A program made the translations under genes and the position numbers. Shown one piece after another: positions 37,781 through 48,064 of a DNA stretch of 56,361 bases. The notes under the pieces are model-generated. The model was not told where the DNA came from and did not search any database. It worked only from the letters and a program-made list of their open reading frames with translations. The stretch lies in assembly GCA_043754475.1 (NCBI GenBank), contig JAYUUR010000112.1:1-56361 (forward strand), in the 5' to 3' direction. The stretch's first letter is position 1; the number at the start of each line of letters is the position of its first letter. Source of the stretch: Saprospiraceae bacterium (GTDB lineage Bacteria > Bacteroidota > Bacteroidia > Chitinophagales > Saprospiraceae).

Positions 37781-38932
37781 CTATTTAGATAATACTTGAT
37801 TATTCATTTTTTCTAAAATTTCTATTGTAAATGCATGAACCAGTTCGCCATTGTGAGTAATCAAACTGCCTTTAGTAATTTCCTCTTCCATCTCCCACTT
37901 GAAACCATTTTCATTGACTAAATGTAGCAACAAAGTAGAAATGTTGCGAGCATATAATTCTGAAGAATTGACAGGCAGCAAGGCAGGTAGATTGGATACA
38001 CCAATAATAGTCACGCCATGAACTGTTATGGTTTCATCTTTTTGGCTCAGTTCGCAATTACCACCCCACTCTACTGCCATATCCACGATGACAGCACCCA
38101 TTTTCATGGATTCAACCATATCTTGAGTCACCAAAACAGGGGCTTTTTTACCTGGCACTAATGCTGTAGTGATGACAATATCAGCTTCTTTTATGCGCTG
38201 ACGGATTAAGGTTTTCTGTTTTTCAAGAAATTCTTTAGATACTTCTTTTGCATAACCGCCTTCAGTTTTCACCCCTTCATCAGCCACTTCCAAGAAGCGA
38301 CCACCGAGTGACTCGACTTGTTCTTTGGTTTCAGGGCGAACGTCAGTGACCTCTACAACAGCACCTAAACGTTTTGCAGTAGCAATGGCTTGAAGCCCTG
38401 CCACACCTGCTCCAAAAATGAGGACTTTGGCAGGAGTAATAGTGCCTGCAGCAGTTGACATCATAGGGAAAATCTTTCCACTGGCATTGGCAGCCATCAA
38501 AACAGCTTTGTAACCAGCCAAATTCGTTTGAGAACTGAGAGCATCCATTTTTTGAGCACGCGTAATGCGCGGCACTGCATCCATCGAAAAAGCTTGAATA
38601 TTTCTTTTGTTCAGGGTCTCAATGACACTCGGAATGGTGTAGGCATAAAGAAATGAAATCAATACCGAGCCTTTTTTGAGCATTTCGGCTTCAGATACTG
38701 AGGGGGCATTGACTTTCAAAATGACATCGGCATTGGCATATAAATCCTTAGTGTTAAGAATTATTTCTGCGCCTGCATCTATGTAATTTTGATTGCTAAA
38801 TGAAGCCCTTTCACCCGCTCCCGATTCTATCCGAATCGTCATGCCCGTTTTTATTAATTGTTTTGTAATATCAGGTGTGAGGGCAACTCGATTTTCAAAG
38901 GATTTGGTTTCCTTTGGTACTGCTACTATCAA
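37781..38932 (-). CDS. NAD(P) transhydrogenase alpha subunit part 1 (PntAA) / alanine dehydrogenase-family protein
   Basis: 383-aa ORF starting MIVAVPKETKSFENRVALTPD, with an NAD fold VLIFGAGVAGLQAIATAKRLGA. No pntAB or pntB gene is adjacent. Confidence 0.7.
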   Translation of the reverse strand: MIVAVPKETKSFENRVALTPDITKQLIKTGMTIRIESGAGERASFSNQNYIDAGAEIILNTKDLYANADVILKVNAPSVSEAEMLKKGSVLISFLYAYTIPSVIETLNKRNIQAFSMDAVPRITRAQKMDALSSQTNLAGYKAVLMAANASGKIFPMMSTAAGTITPAKVLIFGAGVAGLQAIATAKRLGAVVEVTDVRPETKEQVESLGGRFLEVADEGVKTEGGYAKEVSKEFLEKQKTLIRQRIKEADIVITTALVPGKKAPVLVTQDMVESMKMGAVIVDMAVEWGGNCELSQKDETITVHGVTIIGVSNLPALLPVNSSELYARNISTLLLHLVNENGFKWEMEEEITKGSLITHNGELVHAFTIEILEKMNNQVLSK

Positions 38933-39084
38933 GGCTAATGGTTTTAATTTGGATTAAAATAATATTTATTTTTTCTAATTGAAATGATGTAACAAAATAG
39001 GAATTTCATTTAAAATAAAAAATAATATTAGGCGAAAAAGCAATTTTTGATGAAAAATAATAGTAATTTAACTAAGAAATGGCA

Positions 39085-39118
39085 AAATGTCATTGTGAGA
39101 TATGTAGTAACTGAGGGA
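39085..39118 (+). repeat. REP-like composite element (AAATGTCATTGTGAG...AACTGAGGGA)
   Basis: It aligns with the reverse complement of 501-535 (aaatgtcattgcgaggaacgtggcaactgaggggg). The first 11 nt, GAG and AACTGAGGG are shared. Confidence 0.7.
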
Positions 39119-39125
39119 TGCGTAC

Positions 39126-39163
39126 AAAAAGATACCCCATTCCGAATAAACGAAATGGGGTAT
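39126..39163 (-). terminator. Rho-independent terminator of the ribosomal/alpha operon (after rplQ)
   Basis: 10-bp stem ataccccatt / aatggggtat (39132-39141 / 39154-39163), followed on the minus strand by CTTTTT. It lies 28 nt after the rplQ stop. Confidence 0.75.
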
Positions 39164-39190
39164 GAAATATCTAAAAAGATTGTATTAATC

Positions 39191-39700
39191 TTAAGCTTGC
39201 TCTTCTGCTTCAGGCGTTTCATCAGCTTTTTCTTCAACTACAGGTGCTACTGGAGCAACAGGCGCAGTATAAGATTTAGCACGACTACGACGAGTTTTCT
39301 TAGCCGGTGCCGCTTTAGTTTCTTTAGCTGCCATGAAGTTCTCATTGAAATCAACCAATTCAATCAATGCTGTTTCAGCACCATCCCCTTGACGGAAACC
39401 AGTTTTAATAACACGGACATAACCACCCGGTCTATCCATCACTTTTGGAGCGATGACATCAAAAAGTTCTTTGATAGATTCTTTATCTTGCAAATAGCTG
39501 AAAACGACACGACGAGAGTGTGTAGTATTGTCTTTACCTTTTGTGATAAGCGGTTCAATGTGTACACGCAATGCTTTAGCCTTTGCCAAAGTTGTCGAAA
39601 TGCGTTTGTGTTCAATCAAGGCTTTTGACAAATTTTTCAGAAGCGCATGACGGTGTGCCGTTTTACGACCGAGGTTATTAACCTTATCTCCGTGTCTCAT
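39191..39700 (-). CDS. rplQ: 50S ribosomal protein L17
   Basis: [24 protein letters not shown]... Last gene after rpoA. It has a C-terminal APVAPVAPV / E-rich extension. Confidence 0.95.
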   Translation of the reverse strand: MRHGDKVNNLGRKTAHRHALLKNLSKALIEHKRISTTLAKAKALRVHIEPLITKGKDNTTHSRRVVFSYLQDKESIKELFDVIAPKVMDRPGGYVRVIKTGFRQGDGAETALIELVDFNENFMAAKETKAAPAKKTRRSRAKSYTAPVAPVAPVVEEKADETPEAEEQA

Positions 39701-39827
39701 TTTAAGAGCATTTATCTTTATAACATCGGAGCCGCGCGAATGCGCTCATAACGATTATTATAAAGTTGTTAAAAAAATATTTATAAAAAATTGATTACCA
39801 ATATCTTAGTAATTTCAAATGAATACC

Positions 39828-39837
39828 CCCCTCAGTA
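39828..39837 (-). repeat. Iterated word in the rpoA-rplQ spacer
   Basis: Exact CCCCTCAGTA inside a 161-nt spacer. Confidence 0.95.
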
Positions 39838-39861
39838 AAATGAGGAAAATTCATCTTAAAA

Positions 39862-40860
39862 TTACTCTTCGTCCAATTTGTATTTCGATAAATCCATACC
39901 GAAAGACAAGCCTTTATCCTGCAATAATTCTTCGATTTCGACCAAAGATTTTTTACCGAAATTACGGAATTTAAGCAATTCATGCGTGTCGTAACGTACC
40001 ATCTCACCCAATGAATTGATTTTCGCTGCCTTCAAACAGTTGTAAGCGCGAACTGAAAGGTCGAGGTCTTCAAGTGAAGTTTTGAGCAATTTACGCATGT
40101 GTAAGATATGCTCATCCACAACGCTGTCTTCACGGCTCTTTTCGTCATCGAATGTAATGTTTTCATCAGTGATTAACATCAAATGTTGAATCATGATACG
40201 AGAAGCTTCTTTCACGGCATCTTCAGGATGAATAGTACCGTCAGTTTTTACTTCAATAGTGAGTTTTTCGTAGTCCGTCTTCTGCCCTACACGAGTATTT
40301 TCTACTTTGTACGCTACATTTTTGATAGGCGTATAAATAGCATCAATTGGAATAACACCGATAGGTGCATCTTTTGGCAAGTTTTCATCAGCTGGTACAT
40401 AGCCACGACCTTTTGTAATGGTTAATTCCATTTCCAAACTAACTGAAGGCTCCATCTGACAAATAACGAGGTCAGGATTCATGACGCGGAAAACGTTAGT
40501 CGCCTCCTCGATGTCACCTGCTATGAATTTATCTTTACCGCTGATTGTGAGGTAGATTTTTTCTTCTTTAATATCTTCACCAGCGATTAATTGCTTCAAA
40601 CGAACTTGCTTAAGGTTCAAAATGATGTCCACAACGTCTTCAACGACACCGCGAATAGTAGCGAACTCATGCTCAACACCTGCGATACGCACCGCAGAAA
40701 TTGCAAAACCCTCCAACGACGACAATAAAACGCGACGTAGAGAGTTACCGACAGTTTGACCGAAACCTGGCTCTAATGGCTTGAACTCGAAAATGCCTTC
40801 AAAGTCCGTTGCTTTTTGTAGAACGATTTTGTCGGGTTTCTGAAAATTTAATATTGCCAT
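39862..40860 (-). CDS. rpoA: DNA-directed RNA polymerase alpha subunit
   Basis: Start is the ATG at 40860 ([12 protein letters not shown]...); the track ORF is over-extended to 40923. It has the NTD plus the CTD (…[21 protein letters not shown]…). Confidence 0.95.
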   Translation of the reverse strand: MAILNFQKPDKIVLQKATDFEGIFEFKPLEPGFGQTVGNSLRRVLLSSLEGFAISAVRIAGVEHEFATIRGVVEDVVDIILNLKQVRLKQLIAGEDIKEEKIYLTISGKDKFIAGDIEEATNVFRVMNPDLVICQMEPSVSLEMELTITKGRGYVPADENLPKDAPIGVIPIDAIYTPIKNVAYKVENTRVGQKTDYEKLTIEVKTDGTIHPEDAVKEASRIMIQHLMLITDENITFDDEKSREDSVVDEHILHMRKLLKTSLEDLDLSVRAYNCLKAAKINSLGEMVRYDTHELLKFRNFGKKSLVEIEELLQDKGLSFGMDLSKYKLDEE

Positions 40861-41001
40861 ATTATGATTGATTCTAAAAGAAATGAAGGGGAATATTTTT
40901 ATATTGAAATAAGTAATGAGCAATAGGTAATTAGTAATGGGTGATTTTATACAATTAATGTAAATTACCTATTGCTTATTACTTATTACCCATTACTTAT
41001 T

Positions 41002-41610
41002 TTATTTCGAATAAAGTTCGACAATCAACTGTTCGTTTATTTTTTCAGGTATTTGCTCACGCTCAGGATAAGCGATGAAGCGACCTTCGAGGCGTTCAGG
41101 ATTCCAGTCGAGCCAAGAGAATTTCTTAACTTCTCTGTTTACACCTACACCTTCCAAATTGCCATTTGCCCGTGATTTACCACGAATAGCGATGATGTCA
41201 CCCGGACGAACTTGTGCAGAAGGGACATTCAATACAATACCGTTGACAGTAATGTGCTTATGCGAAACCAACTGACGCGATGCATTCCGAGTAGGAGCAA
41301 TGCCTAAACGATATACGACGTTGTCCAAACGAGATTCAAGCAACTGGAGCAAAACCGTACCTGTTACCCCATGACGCTTAGTTGCCTCATGAAATGTTTT
41401 ACGGAATTGACGCTCCAAAACACCATAAGTGTATTTTGCTTTTTGTTTTTCCATCAACTGAACACCATAGTCAGAGCGTTGTTTCCGCTTACGCGTTTGA
41501 CCGTGCTGACCGGGAGCGAATTTGCGTTTTTCAAAAGATTTATCGTTACCGTATATTGCTTCACCAAAAGCTCTTGCTTTTTTGGTAGTAGGTCCAGTAT
41601 ATCTTGCCAT
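41002..41610 (-). CDS. rpsD: 30S ribosomal protein S4
   Basis: [17 protein letters not shown]... 202 aa. Confidence 0.95.
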   Translation of the reverse strand: MARYTGPTTKKARAFGEAIYGNDKSFEKRKFAPGQHGQTRKRKQRSDYGVQLMEKQKAKYTYGVLERQFRKTFHEATKRHGVTGTVLLQLLESRLDNVVYRLGIAPTRNASRQLVSHKHITVNGIVLNVPSAQVRPGDIIAIRGKSRANGNLEGVGVNREVKKFSWLDWNPERLEGRFIAYPEREQIPEKINEQLIVELYSK

Positions 41611-41652
41611 TTTTAATTAAAATTGACTAATTAATTATAATTTTATATAAGA

Positions 41653-42042
41653 TTAAACGCGACGTTTCTTTGGTGGCCGACAGCCGTTGTGTGGCATAGG
41701 CGTTCTATCATGAATAATCGTCACTTTTACACCTGCTGCATCAATAGCGCGGATAGCCGATTCACGACCAGAACCAGGTCCTTTTACATAAACCTCGCAG
41801 AAACGCATACCCGCATCGTAAGCGACTTTTGCAGCACCCGTAGCCGCTACTTGAGCTGCATAAGGCGTATTTTTCTTTGAGCCACGGAAACCACCTTTGC
41901 CGGCAGTGCCCCATGAAATCACCTGTCCCTGTTTGTTAGTCATCGAGACGATGATATTGTTGAAACTTGCCTGAATATACGCCAAACCTTCGGGCGCAAT
42001 CTGGACAACTCTCTTTTTGACTTTCTTAATTGCTTTTGCCAT
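41653..42042 (-). CDS. rpsK: 30S ribosomal protein S11
   Basis: Start is the ATG at 42042 ([12 protein letters not shown]...). It contains ...TPYAAQ... and [12 protein letters not shown]. Confidence 0.95.
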   Translation of the reverse strand: MAKAIKKVKKRVVQIAPEGLAYIQASFNNIIVSMTNKQGQVISWGTAGKGGFRGSKKNTPYAAQVAATGAAKVAYDAGMRFCEVYVKGPGSGRESAIRAIDAAGVKVTIIHDRTPMPHNGCRPPKKRRV

Positions 42043-42079
42043 TTTTGATTTTAACTTTTGCTCCGGTTTTAGTCCTCTA

Positions 42080-42089
42080 TACTGAGGGG
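42080..42089 (+). repeat. Iterated word in the rpsM-rpsK spacer
   Basis: Exact TACTGAGGGG inside a 112-nt spacer. Confidence 0.95.
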
Positions 42090-42154
42090 TCAATCCTTGA
42101 GCAGTTAAGAGAAATTAATCATTCCAAATCCCAATGTATTAGGCAGGAACCTGA

Positions 42155-42532
42155 TTATTTAGTCACTTTCTTTTTGTTAGCGACTGTTTTACGACGACCT
42201 TTACGTGTGCGAGCGTTAGTACGCGTGCGTTGTCCACGAACTGGTAAACCCTTACGATGACGAAGACCACGGTAGCAAGCGATGTCCATCAAACGTTTGA
42301 TGCTCAATTGCACCTCAGAGCGAAGTTCACCTTCTACTTTGTATTCGTCGTTGACGATACGAGAGATTGTTTTGATGTTGTCATCATTCCAATCACTCAC
42401 TTTAGTATCTTCGCTAACGCCTGCTTTTTCAAGGATTTCCTTGGCAGAAGAACGTCCGACACCGTAAATGTACGTGAGACCAATAACGCCACGCTTGTTT
42501 CTTGGTAAGTCAATACCTGCTATACGAGCCAT
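42155..42532 (-). CDS. rpsM: 30S ribosomal protein S13
   Basis: [14 protein letters not shown]... 125 aa. Confidence 0.95.
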   Translation of the reverse strand: MARIAGIDLPRNKRGVIGLTYIYGVGRSSAKEILEKAGVSEDTKVSDWNDDNIKTISRIVNDEYKVEGELRSEVQLSIKRLMDIACYRGLRHRKGLPVRGQRTRTNARTRKGRRKTVANKKKVTK

Positions 42533-42556
42533 GTTTTAAATTAATATTTTAAAAAA

Positions 42557-42673
42557 TTATCCTTGACGTTGTTTGTATTTAGGATTCTTCTTGTTGATAA
42601 CGTACAACTTGCCTTTGCGACGAACAATCTTGCAATCGACAGAACGTTTCTTGATGGAAGGTCTAACTTTCAT
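42557..42673 (-). CDS. rpmJ: 50S ribosomal protein L36
   Basis: Below the ORF-track cutoff. My hand translation gives [38 protein letters not shown] (38 aa). It lies between infA and rpsM, as expected. Confidence 0.9.
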   Translation of the reverse strand: MKVRPSIKKRSVDCKIVRRKGKLYVINKKNPKYKQRQG

Positions 42674-42697
42674 TTCCTTATTATTGAATTGTTAAAT

Positions 42698-42916
42698 TTA
42701 TTTATACCTATAAATGATTCTTCCTCTTGACAAATCATAAGGTGACATTTCCACTGACACTTTATCGCCTGGTAATATTCGGATATAATTCATCCGCATT
42801 TTACCTGAAATATTGGCGAGGATAACGTGGTCGTTTTCAAGCCGTACTCTAAAATTTGCATTAGAAAGTGCTTCTTCAACTATGCCATCTTGTTTTATTA
42901 AATCTGTTCTTGCCAT
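42698..42916 (-). CDS. infA: Translation initiation factor IF-1
   Basis: 72-aa S1-like OB fold: ...[35 protein letters not shown]... Confidence 0.95.
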   Translation of the reverse strand: MARTDLIKQDGIVEEALSNANFRVRLENDHVILANISGKMRMNYIRILPGDKVSVEMSPYDLSRGRIIYRYK

Positions 42917-42964
42917 ACAAAATTTTATTGAAATTACCCCTTTTTGAATTAGGAGCGCAAATAT

Positions 42965-43801
42965 CTAATTTTTTATTGAAATTTCCAAGAGATTTGAATT
43001 TTTCTTTACAGCTTCTTGTATGAATGAGTGGTCGGAAAGAATATCCGCTTTTTTTCCTTTGCGGATGGCGATAGTGTGTTCAAAGTGTGCGGAAGGTTTT
43101 TTATCAGATGTGATGATTGTCCAACCATCTCCAATACCCGTTACTTCCTTTGTTCCTAAATTAATCATTGGTTCAATAGCGATTACCAAACCATCTCTCA
43201 GTACAACGCCGTTTCCTCGTTTACCATGATTAGGCACATCCGGATCTTCGTGTAATGCTTTACCGATACCATGTCCTGTCAAATCTCTTACTACACCATA
43301 TTTATGGTGCTTCTCACAATATTCAAAAATGGCAAAGCCAATATCTCCTATTCTTTTTCCAACCATTGCTTGATCAATACCTTTATAAAGTGATGTATTT
43401 GTCACATTTAAAAGGTCTAATACTGAGGGGGTAACACCTCCTAAAGCGAAAGTATAAGCAGCATCTCCAAAATACCCATTTAATAAAGTACCGCAATCCA
43501 CTGAAACAACATCATTATCTTGAAACTCTCGATTGGTAGGAATGCCATGAACAACGGCTTCATTCATAGATATGCACAAAGCGGCAGGGAAATCGCGGTA
43601 ACCTTTGAAAGCAGGAACAGCATTATGATCTCTAATAAACTCCTCCGCTTTTTGATCTATAAATTGACTTGTAATACCGGGCTTGATTAATGTACCAACG
43701 TAAGCTAAAGTTTTTGAAACTAATAAACAACTCTCACGAATTAATTCAATTTCATCATCCGTTTTGTAGTATATTTCTTTTTTCTCGCTTGATTGAAACA
43801 T
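42965..43801 (-). CDS. map: Type I methionine aminopeptidase
   Basis: MetAP pattern (…VVHGIP…DVVSVDCG…GHGIG…LHEDP…IAIEPM…FEHT). I prefer the ATG at 43801 because 43828 would overlap secY. Confidence 0.9.
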   Translation of the reverse strand: MFQSSEKKEIYYKTDDEIELIRESCLLVSKTLAYVGTLIKPGITSQFIDQKAEEFIRDHNAVPAFKGYRDFPAALCISMNEAVVHGIPTNREFQDNDVVSVDCGTLLNGYFGDAAYTFALGGVTPSVLDLLNVTNTSLYKGIDQAMVGKRIGDIGFAIFEYCEKHHKYGVVRDLTGHGIGKALHEDPDVPNHGKRGNGVVLRDGLVIAIEPMINLGTKEVTGIGDGWTIITSDKKPSAHFEHTIAIRKGKKADILSDHSFIQEAVKKNSNLLEISIKN

Positions 43802-43817
43802 TGTTTGTTTTTTATTT

Positions 43818-45170
43818 TTAAATACCACCTTCTCCTACTGCTACCAAACCACCACGACCTTGCAGTTTACCGCTTTTCACAAGACCATCGTATTTACTAA
43901 GTAATAAATAAGACTCAATCTGTTGCAAAGTATCTAACACAACACCAACCATAATGAGAATAGAAGTACCCCCGAAGAAACGAGCAAAACCACCATTGAC
44001 ACCCATAAATGCTGCAATACCAGGCATAATTGAAATAAAACCAAGTATAATAGCACCCGGTAATGTAATACGAGTTGTTACTGAGTCAATAAATTCTGCT
44101 GTATTTTGACCCGGTTTCACCCCTGGAATGAATGCATTTTGACGCTTCAAATATTCAGCATATTGCTGTGGATTGACAATTAATGCTGTATAAACATAAG
44201 TGAAAACAACAACCAATATAAAGTAGATTAAATTATGAGGAAAAGATGTATAGTCGTTCAATTGTGCTAAAAACCCAGAAGGAGCACCTTCACCTGACAT
44301 AAATTGAGCAATAGTAGAAGGAATAAACATTAAAGCTTGAGCAAAAATGATAGGCATTACGCCTGCGGAATTCAATTTAATTGGCAAATAATCACGGTTA
44401 GTAGCCATTGGAAGCGATGCTCCTGTTCGACCTACCATGCGTTTTGCAAACTGAAGAGGAATGCGACGAACTGCTTGAATGACTACAATAATACCTGCAA
44501 TTGTAGCGAACCAAACCGCCATTTCTAATACAAAAGCAAAACCGCCTTGTAGTTGGAATTCAGCGATAAGAGCTTGAGGCAAAGCATCAATGATACCTGA
44601 CATAATGATAAAAGATGTACCATTGCCAACGCCTTTTTCTGTGATGCGCTCACCGAGCCACATAGCAAAAACAGTACCTGCCGTCAAAATCACTAAGCCT
44701 GAAAACCAAAAGATGCCTGGAGAAAGACCTGGAGCAATAGCTCCTTTAGTAGTTAAATATGTTAAATAACCGCTACCTTGAACCATTGTAACACCAATAG
44801 TGAGGAAGCGAGTTAGCTGATTCAATTTCTTTCTACCTGATTCTCCTTCATGCTGTTGCAAACGCTGAAAATAAGGGACTGCAAAAGTCAATAACTGAAT
44901 AATGATAGAAGCTGTAATGTAGGGCATCACACCTAACGCAAAAATGGCACCTTTAGCAAATGCACCACCTGTGAAAGTGTTGATAAGACCTAAAAGGTCA
45001 TTGCTGCCACTACTTTTAGCCGCAAGTGCTAATGCTTCAGCATTAACGCCTGGTAAAAGAACGAACGTACCTAAACGAAACACGAACAAAAGCCCGAGCG
45101 TAAAAAGGATACGTTGTTTGAGTTCTGGAATGCTCCAGATGTTCTTAAAAGTTTGAAATAATCTATTCAT
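43818..45170 (-). CDS. secY: Preprotein translocase subunit SecY
   Basis: 450-aa 10-TM protein in the conserved position after rplO. Confidence 0.95.
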   Translation of the reverse strand: MNRLFQTFKNIWSIPELKQRILFTLGLLFVFRLGTFVLLPGVNAEALALAAKSSGSNDLLGLINTFTGGAFAKGAIFALGVMPYITASIIIQLLTFAVPYFQRLQQHEGESGRKKLNQLTRFLTIGVTMVQGSGYLTYLTTKGAIAPGLSPGIFWFSGLVILTAGTVFAMWLGERITEKGVGNGTSFIIMSGIIDALPQALIAEFQLQGGFAFVLEMAVWFATIAGIIVVIQAVRRIPLQFAKRMVGRTGASLPMATNRDYLPIKLNSAGVMPIIFAQALMFIPSTIAQFMSGEGAPSGFLAQLNDYTSFPHNLIYFILVVVFTYVYTALIVNPQQYAEYLKRQNAFIPGVKPGQNTAEFIDSVTTRITLPGAIILGFISIMPGIAAFMGVNGGFARFFGGTSILIMVGVVLDTLQQIESYLLLSKYDGLVKSGKLQGRGGLVAVGEGGI

Positions 45171-45238
45171 CGAAACTTATATTTCTTTTTTTAATGTTAA
45201 AATCGAATGTAAATATAAACGACTTCTTCATTAAAAGG

Positions 45239-45685
45239 TTACGCAACTGTTATAGAACCACCTGCCGCTTCGATAGCTGCTTTAGCCGTCTCAGAACAAG
45301 CATGAGCTGTTACATTCAATTTCGATTTGACTTCACCATGAGCCAATATTTTAACAAGGTCATTTTTCTTAATAACACCTTGCTCATATAAAGCAGCAGG
45401 CGTGATGTCAGAAACACCAAATCTATCAGCGAATTCTTGTAAGCGGCTGATATTAATCGCTACATATTCTACTCGATTGATGTTTTTGAAACCGAACTTA
45501 GGCAAACGGCGTTGTAAAGGCGTTTGACCACCTTCAAAACCACGTTTGTTTTTGTGACCCGAAGTTGCTTTATCACCTTTGTGACCACGTGTAGAAGTTC
45601 CGCCATGACCTGAGCCTTGACCTCTACCGATGCGTTTTACTTTATGCGTGGAACCTTTTGCAGGTCTAAGATTATTTAATTCCAT
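45239..45685 (-). CDS. rplO: 50S ribosomal protein L15
   Basis: MELNNLRPAKGSTHKVKRIGRGQGSGHGGTSTRGHKG... Confidence 0.95.
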   Translation of the reverse strand: MELNNLRPAKGSTHKVKRIGRGQGSGHGGTSTRGHKGDKATSGHKNKRGFEGGQTPLQRRLPKFGFKNINRVEYVAINISRLQEFADRFGVSDITPAALYEQGVIKKNDLVKILAHGEVKSKLNVTAHACSETAKAAIEAAGGSITVA

Positions 45686-45706
45686 TATCTTAATTTTAAC
45701 AATTGA

Positions 45707-45886
45707 TTAGGCTTCTTCAATTTTGAGAAGATGCGCCACTTTATTAATCATGCCCATTACCGAAGGACTCGCTTCTTTTTCTACAGAGTGATATACTTTG
45801 CGGATACCCAAGGCTCTTACAGTTTCCTTCTGATCTTTCGGACGGTCAATCGTACTTTTGACGAGAGTAATTTTAATTTTGCCCAT
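45707..45886 (-). CDS. rpmD: 50S ribosomal protein L30
   Basis: Below the ORF-track cutoff. My hand translation gives MGKIKITLVKSTIDRPKDQKETVRALGIRKVYHSVEKEASPSVMGMINKVAHLLKIEEA (59 aa). Confidence 0.9.
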   Translation of the reverse strand: MGKIKITLVKSTIDRPKDQKETVRALGIRKVYHSVEKEASPSVMGMINKVAHLLKIEEA

Positions 45887-45915
45887 TTTTTTATTGAATT
45901 ATTGTCAATTGAAAA

Positions 45916-46431
45916 TTAACCGTTAAACACTTTTGACAAATGAATACGACGTTGCTTTGCTACTTGATGTGCAGTACGTAATTTTGACAAAGCATCAATT
46001 GTCGCTTTCACAACATTGTGAGGATTGGATGAACCCATTGACTTAGCCAAAACGTTGTGTATGCCTGCCATATCTAAAACAGCGCGCATTGCACCACCTG
46101 CGATGACACCCGTACCCGCCGAAGCTGGTCTAAGCAATACTTTACCCGCACCAAATTTTCCTTTGATTTCGTGAGGTACAGTACCATTTATTACAGGTAC
46201 TTTCACAAGGTTTTTCTTAGCATCTTCCGTTGCTTTTGAAATAGCCTCAGATACTTCACGGGCTTTACCCAAACCTTGACCAACTGTACCCTTACCATCA
46301 CCTACCACTACGATAGCAGCGAAGCTGAATGTACGACCACCTTTAGTGACTTTGGCAACGCGGTTGAGCGATACCATTTTTTCTTTAAATTCAGATTCCG
46401 TAGCTGGAACTCTTTGAACATTTTTCGCCAT
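45916..46431 (-). CDS. rpsE: 30S ribosomal protein S5
   Basis: ...[34 protein letters not shown]... The start is the ATG at 46431 (MAKNV...) or at 46440. Confidence 0.93.
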   Translation of the reverse strand: MAKNVQRVPATESEFKEKMVSLNRVAKVTKGGRTFSFAAIVVVGDGKGTVGQGLGKAREVSEAISKATEDAKKNLVKVPVINGTVPHEIKGKFGAGKVLLRPASAGTGVIAGGAMRAVLDMAGIHNVLAKSMGSSNPHNVVKATIDALSKLRTAHQVAKQRRIHLSKVFNG

Positions 46432-46506
46432 TGGATTCAATGTATTTTAAAACGGCAATTTATTTTTTATCCGTAATAAATTGATATTCAATTATTTATA
46501 TTAAAA

Positions 46507-46553
46507 TTTTCTACTGACATTTAGCCCCTCTGGGGCAAGCACCTAAGTAGTTA
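46507..46553 (+). repeat. 47-nt spacer repeat, copy A (ttttctac....atttagcccctctggggcaagcacctaagtagtta)
   Basis: About 83 percent identical to 54130-54174 in the same orientation. It contains the GCCCC-TCT-GGGGC mini-hairpin. Confidence 0.85.
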
Positions 46554-46557
46554 AAAT

Positions 46558-46567
46558 TACTGAGGGG
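46558..46567 (+). repeat. Iterated word in the rplR-rpsE spacer
   Basis: Exact TACTGAGGGG inside a 133-nt spacer, 4 nt after repeat copy A. Confidence 0.95.
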
Positions 46568-46573
46568 GTAGAA

Positions 46574-46921
46574 TTAAAAATCCAAACCACCTTCACGTGC
46601 ACCTTCAGCCAAAGCTTTAACACGACCATGATACAAATAACCACCTCGGTCAAAAACAACTGAACCGACACCTGCTGCTTTAGCTTTTTCAGCTACTAAC
46701 TGACCTACCGCTTTTGATTTGTCAGTTTTTGTACCTGTTGTGGTTACTTCTTTAGATGAAGCCGCTGCTAAGGTTGTACCTGATACATCGTCTATAACTT
46801 GTGCATAAATGCCTTTGTTAGAACGAAAAATGTTCAAGCGAGGACGTGCAGCCGTACCGTTAATTGTTTTACGGACACGTGAGTGAATGCGAGCTTGACG
46901 CTCTCTAACTGTCATTTTCAT
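46574..46921 (-). CDS. rplR: 50S ribosomal protein L18
   Basis: ...[20 protein letters not shown]...[27 protein letters not shown]. Confidence 0.95.
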   Translation of the reverse strand: MKMTVRERQARIHSRVRKTINGTAARPRLNIFRSNKGIYAQVIDDVSGTTLAAASSKEVTTTGTKTDKSKAVGQLVAEKAKAAGVGSVVFDRGGYLYHGRVKALAEGAREGGLDF

Positions 46922-47017
46922 TGTAGATTGACAATTTTAATTTTTATAAAAATTTCCACAATCCCTAACCCTCGAATGAGGATTTCCCTGAGTGAGATAG
47001 TGAAAAGGTGTTTAATA

Positions 47018-47578
47018 TTATTTCTTACCACCGGCAGTTTTACCTGCTTTACGGCGAAGTACTTCGCCTTGGAAACGGATACCTTTACCTTTGTAAGGTT
47101 CTGTCTTACGGAATGTCCGCACTTTAGCACACACTGCACCTAATAATTGCTTATCGTGGCATGTCATAATGAGCGTCGGAGGTGAACCTTTTTCCATTTT
47201 AGTAACGAATTTCACTTCAGAAGGTATTGACATTTCAATTGGATGTGAATAACCCAATGTGAAAAGCACATTACCATCTTTCGGTTCTAATTTGTAACCG
47301 ACACCTATTAACTCTAATGTAGCACTATAACCTTCAGTTACACCTTTCACCATATTGGCAATAAGGGCACGGTACAAACCATGCAACGCACGATGGCGTT
47401 TCTGGTCAGTTGGACGTGTAACATTGATAATACCATCGGCAACTGCCACGCTAATATCCATATCCACTTGCTGCTTCAATGTGCCTTTCGGACCTTTTAC
47501 TGTCACCAAATTGCCTTTACTAATTTCTACTTCAACTCCTGAAGGTAGCGCAATCGGCGATTTACCAATTCTTGACAT
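47018..47578 (-). CDS. rplF: 50S ribosomal protein L6
   Basis: MSRIGKSPIALPSGVEVEISKGNLVTVKGPKG... Confidence 0.95.
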   Translation of the reverse strand: MSRIGKSPIALPSGVEVEISKGNLVTVKGPKGTLKQQVDMDISVAVADGIINVTRPTDQKRHRALHGLYRALIANMVKGVTEGYSATLELIGVGYKLEPKDGNVLFTLGYSHPIEMSIPSEVKFVTKMEKGSPPTLIMTCHDKQLLGAVCAKVRTFRKTEPYKGKGIRFQGEVLRRKAGKTAGGKK

Positions 47579-47616
47579 TTTTTATATCTTTAAAATTGAT
47601 GATAATCAATTGTTGA

Positions 47617-48021
47617 TTAATGAATGTAGCAAAGCAATTCGCCGCCTACGTTGAGCTTACGGGCGTCTTTATCAGTCATTATGCCTCTTGAAGTGGAGAT
47701 GATAGCGATGCCCAAACCGTTGATAACACGGGGTACATCAGCAGCTCCACGATATTGGCGAAGACCTGGACGAGAGACGCGTTGCAAAGAGCGGATAATC
47801 GGCTGTTTGGTTTGCGCGTCATATTTAAGCGCGATTTTTATCAAACCTGCTTGACCAGTAACATCTTCAAATTTATATTTGAGGATATAACCTTGCTCAT
47901 ACAGGATTTCCGTAATGCGCTTCTTCATATTTGAAGCAGGAATCTCAACGATACTGTGACCAGCCATTTGCGCGTTACGAATGCGCGTGAGAAAGTCTGC
48001 TATAGGATCTGTTACTGCCAT
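47617..48021 (-). CDS. rpsH: 30S ribosomal protein S8
   Basis: MAVTDPIADFLTRIRNAQMA... Confidence 0.95.
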   Translation of the reverse strand: MAVTDPIADFLTRIRNAQMAGHSIVEIPASNMKKRITEILYEQGYILKYKFEDVTGQAGLIKIALKYDAQTKQPIIRSLQRVSRPGLRQYRGAADVPRVINGLGIAIISTSRGIMTDKDARKLNVGGELLCYIH

Positions 48022-48054
48022 TTTAAAGCAATGATTTTAATTTTTTATACTGCA

Positions 48055-48064
48055 TACTGAGGGG
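48055..48064 (+). repeat. Iterated word in the rpsN-rpsH spacer
   Basis: Exact TACTGAGGGG inside a 161-nt spacer. Confidence 0.95.

Noticed and set aside
39047-39628. 193-aa plus-strand ORF and other long antisense ORFs (for example 28869-29300, 31162-31575 and 27860-28378).
   Set aside because: They lie antisense to well-supported genes (rplQ, the deacetylase, the crtI-family gene, the nucleotidase) and have no recognisable motifs.
39862-40923. N-terminally extended ORF calls in the track. Affected genes: rpoA to 40923, rplC to 55535, rpsK to 42093, porV to 10298, the DUF422 gene from 20546, the lipoprotein to 22356, the OB-fold gene to 37219 and the cytochrome-like gene to 37707.
   Set aside because: In each case an internal start gives the canonical N-terminus or a clean signal or lipoprotein peptide. 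The extension runs through spacer, terminator or motif sequence.
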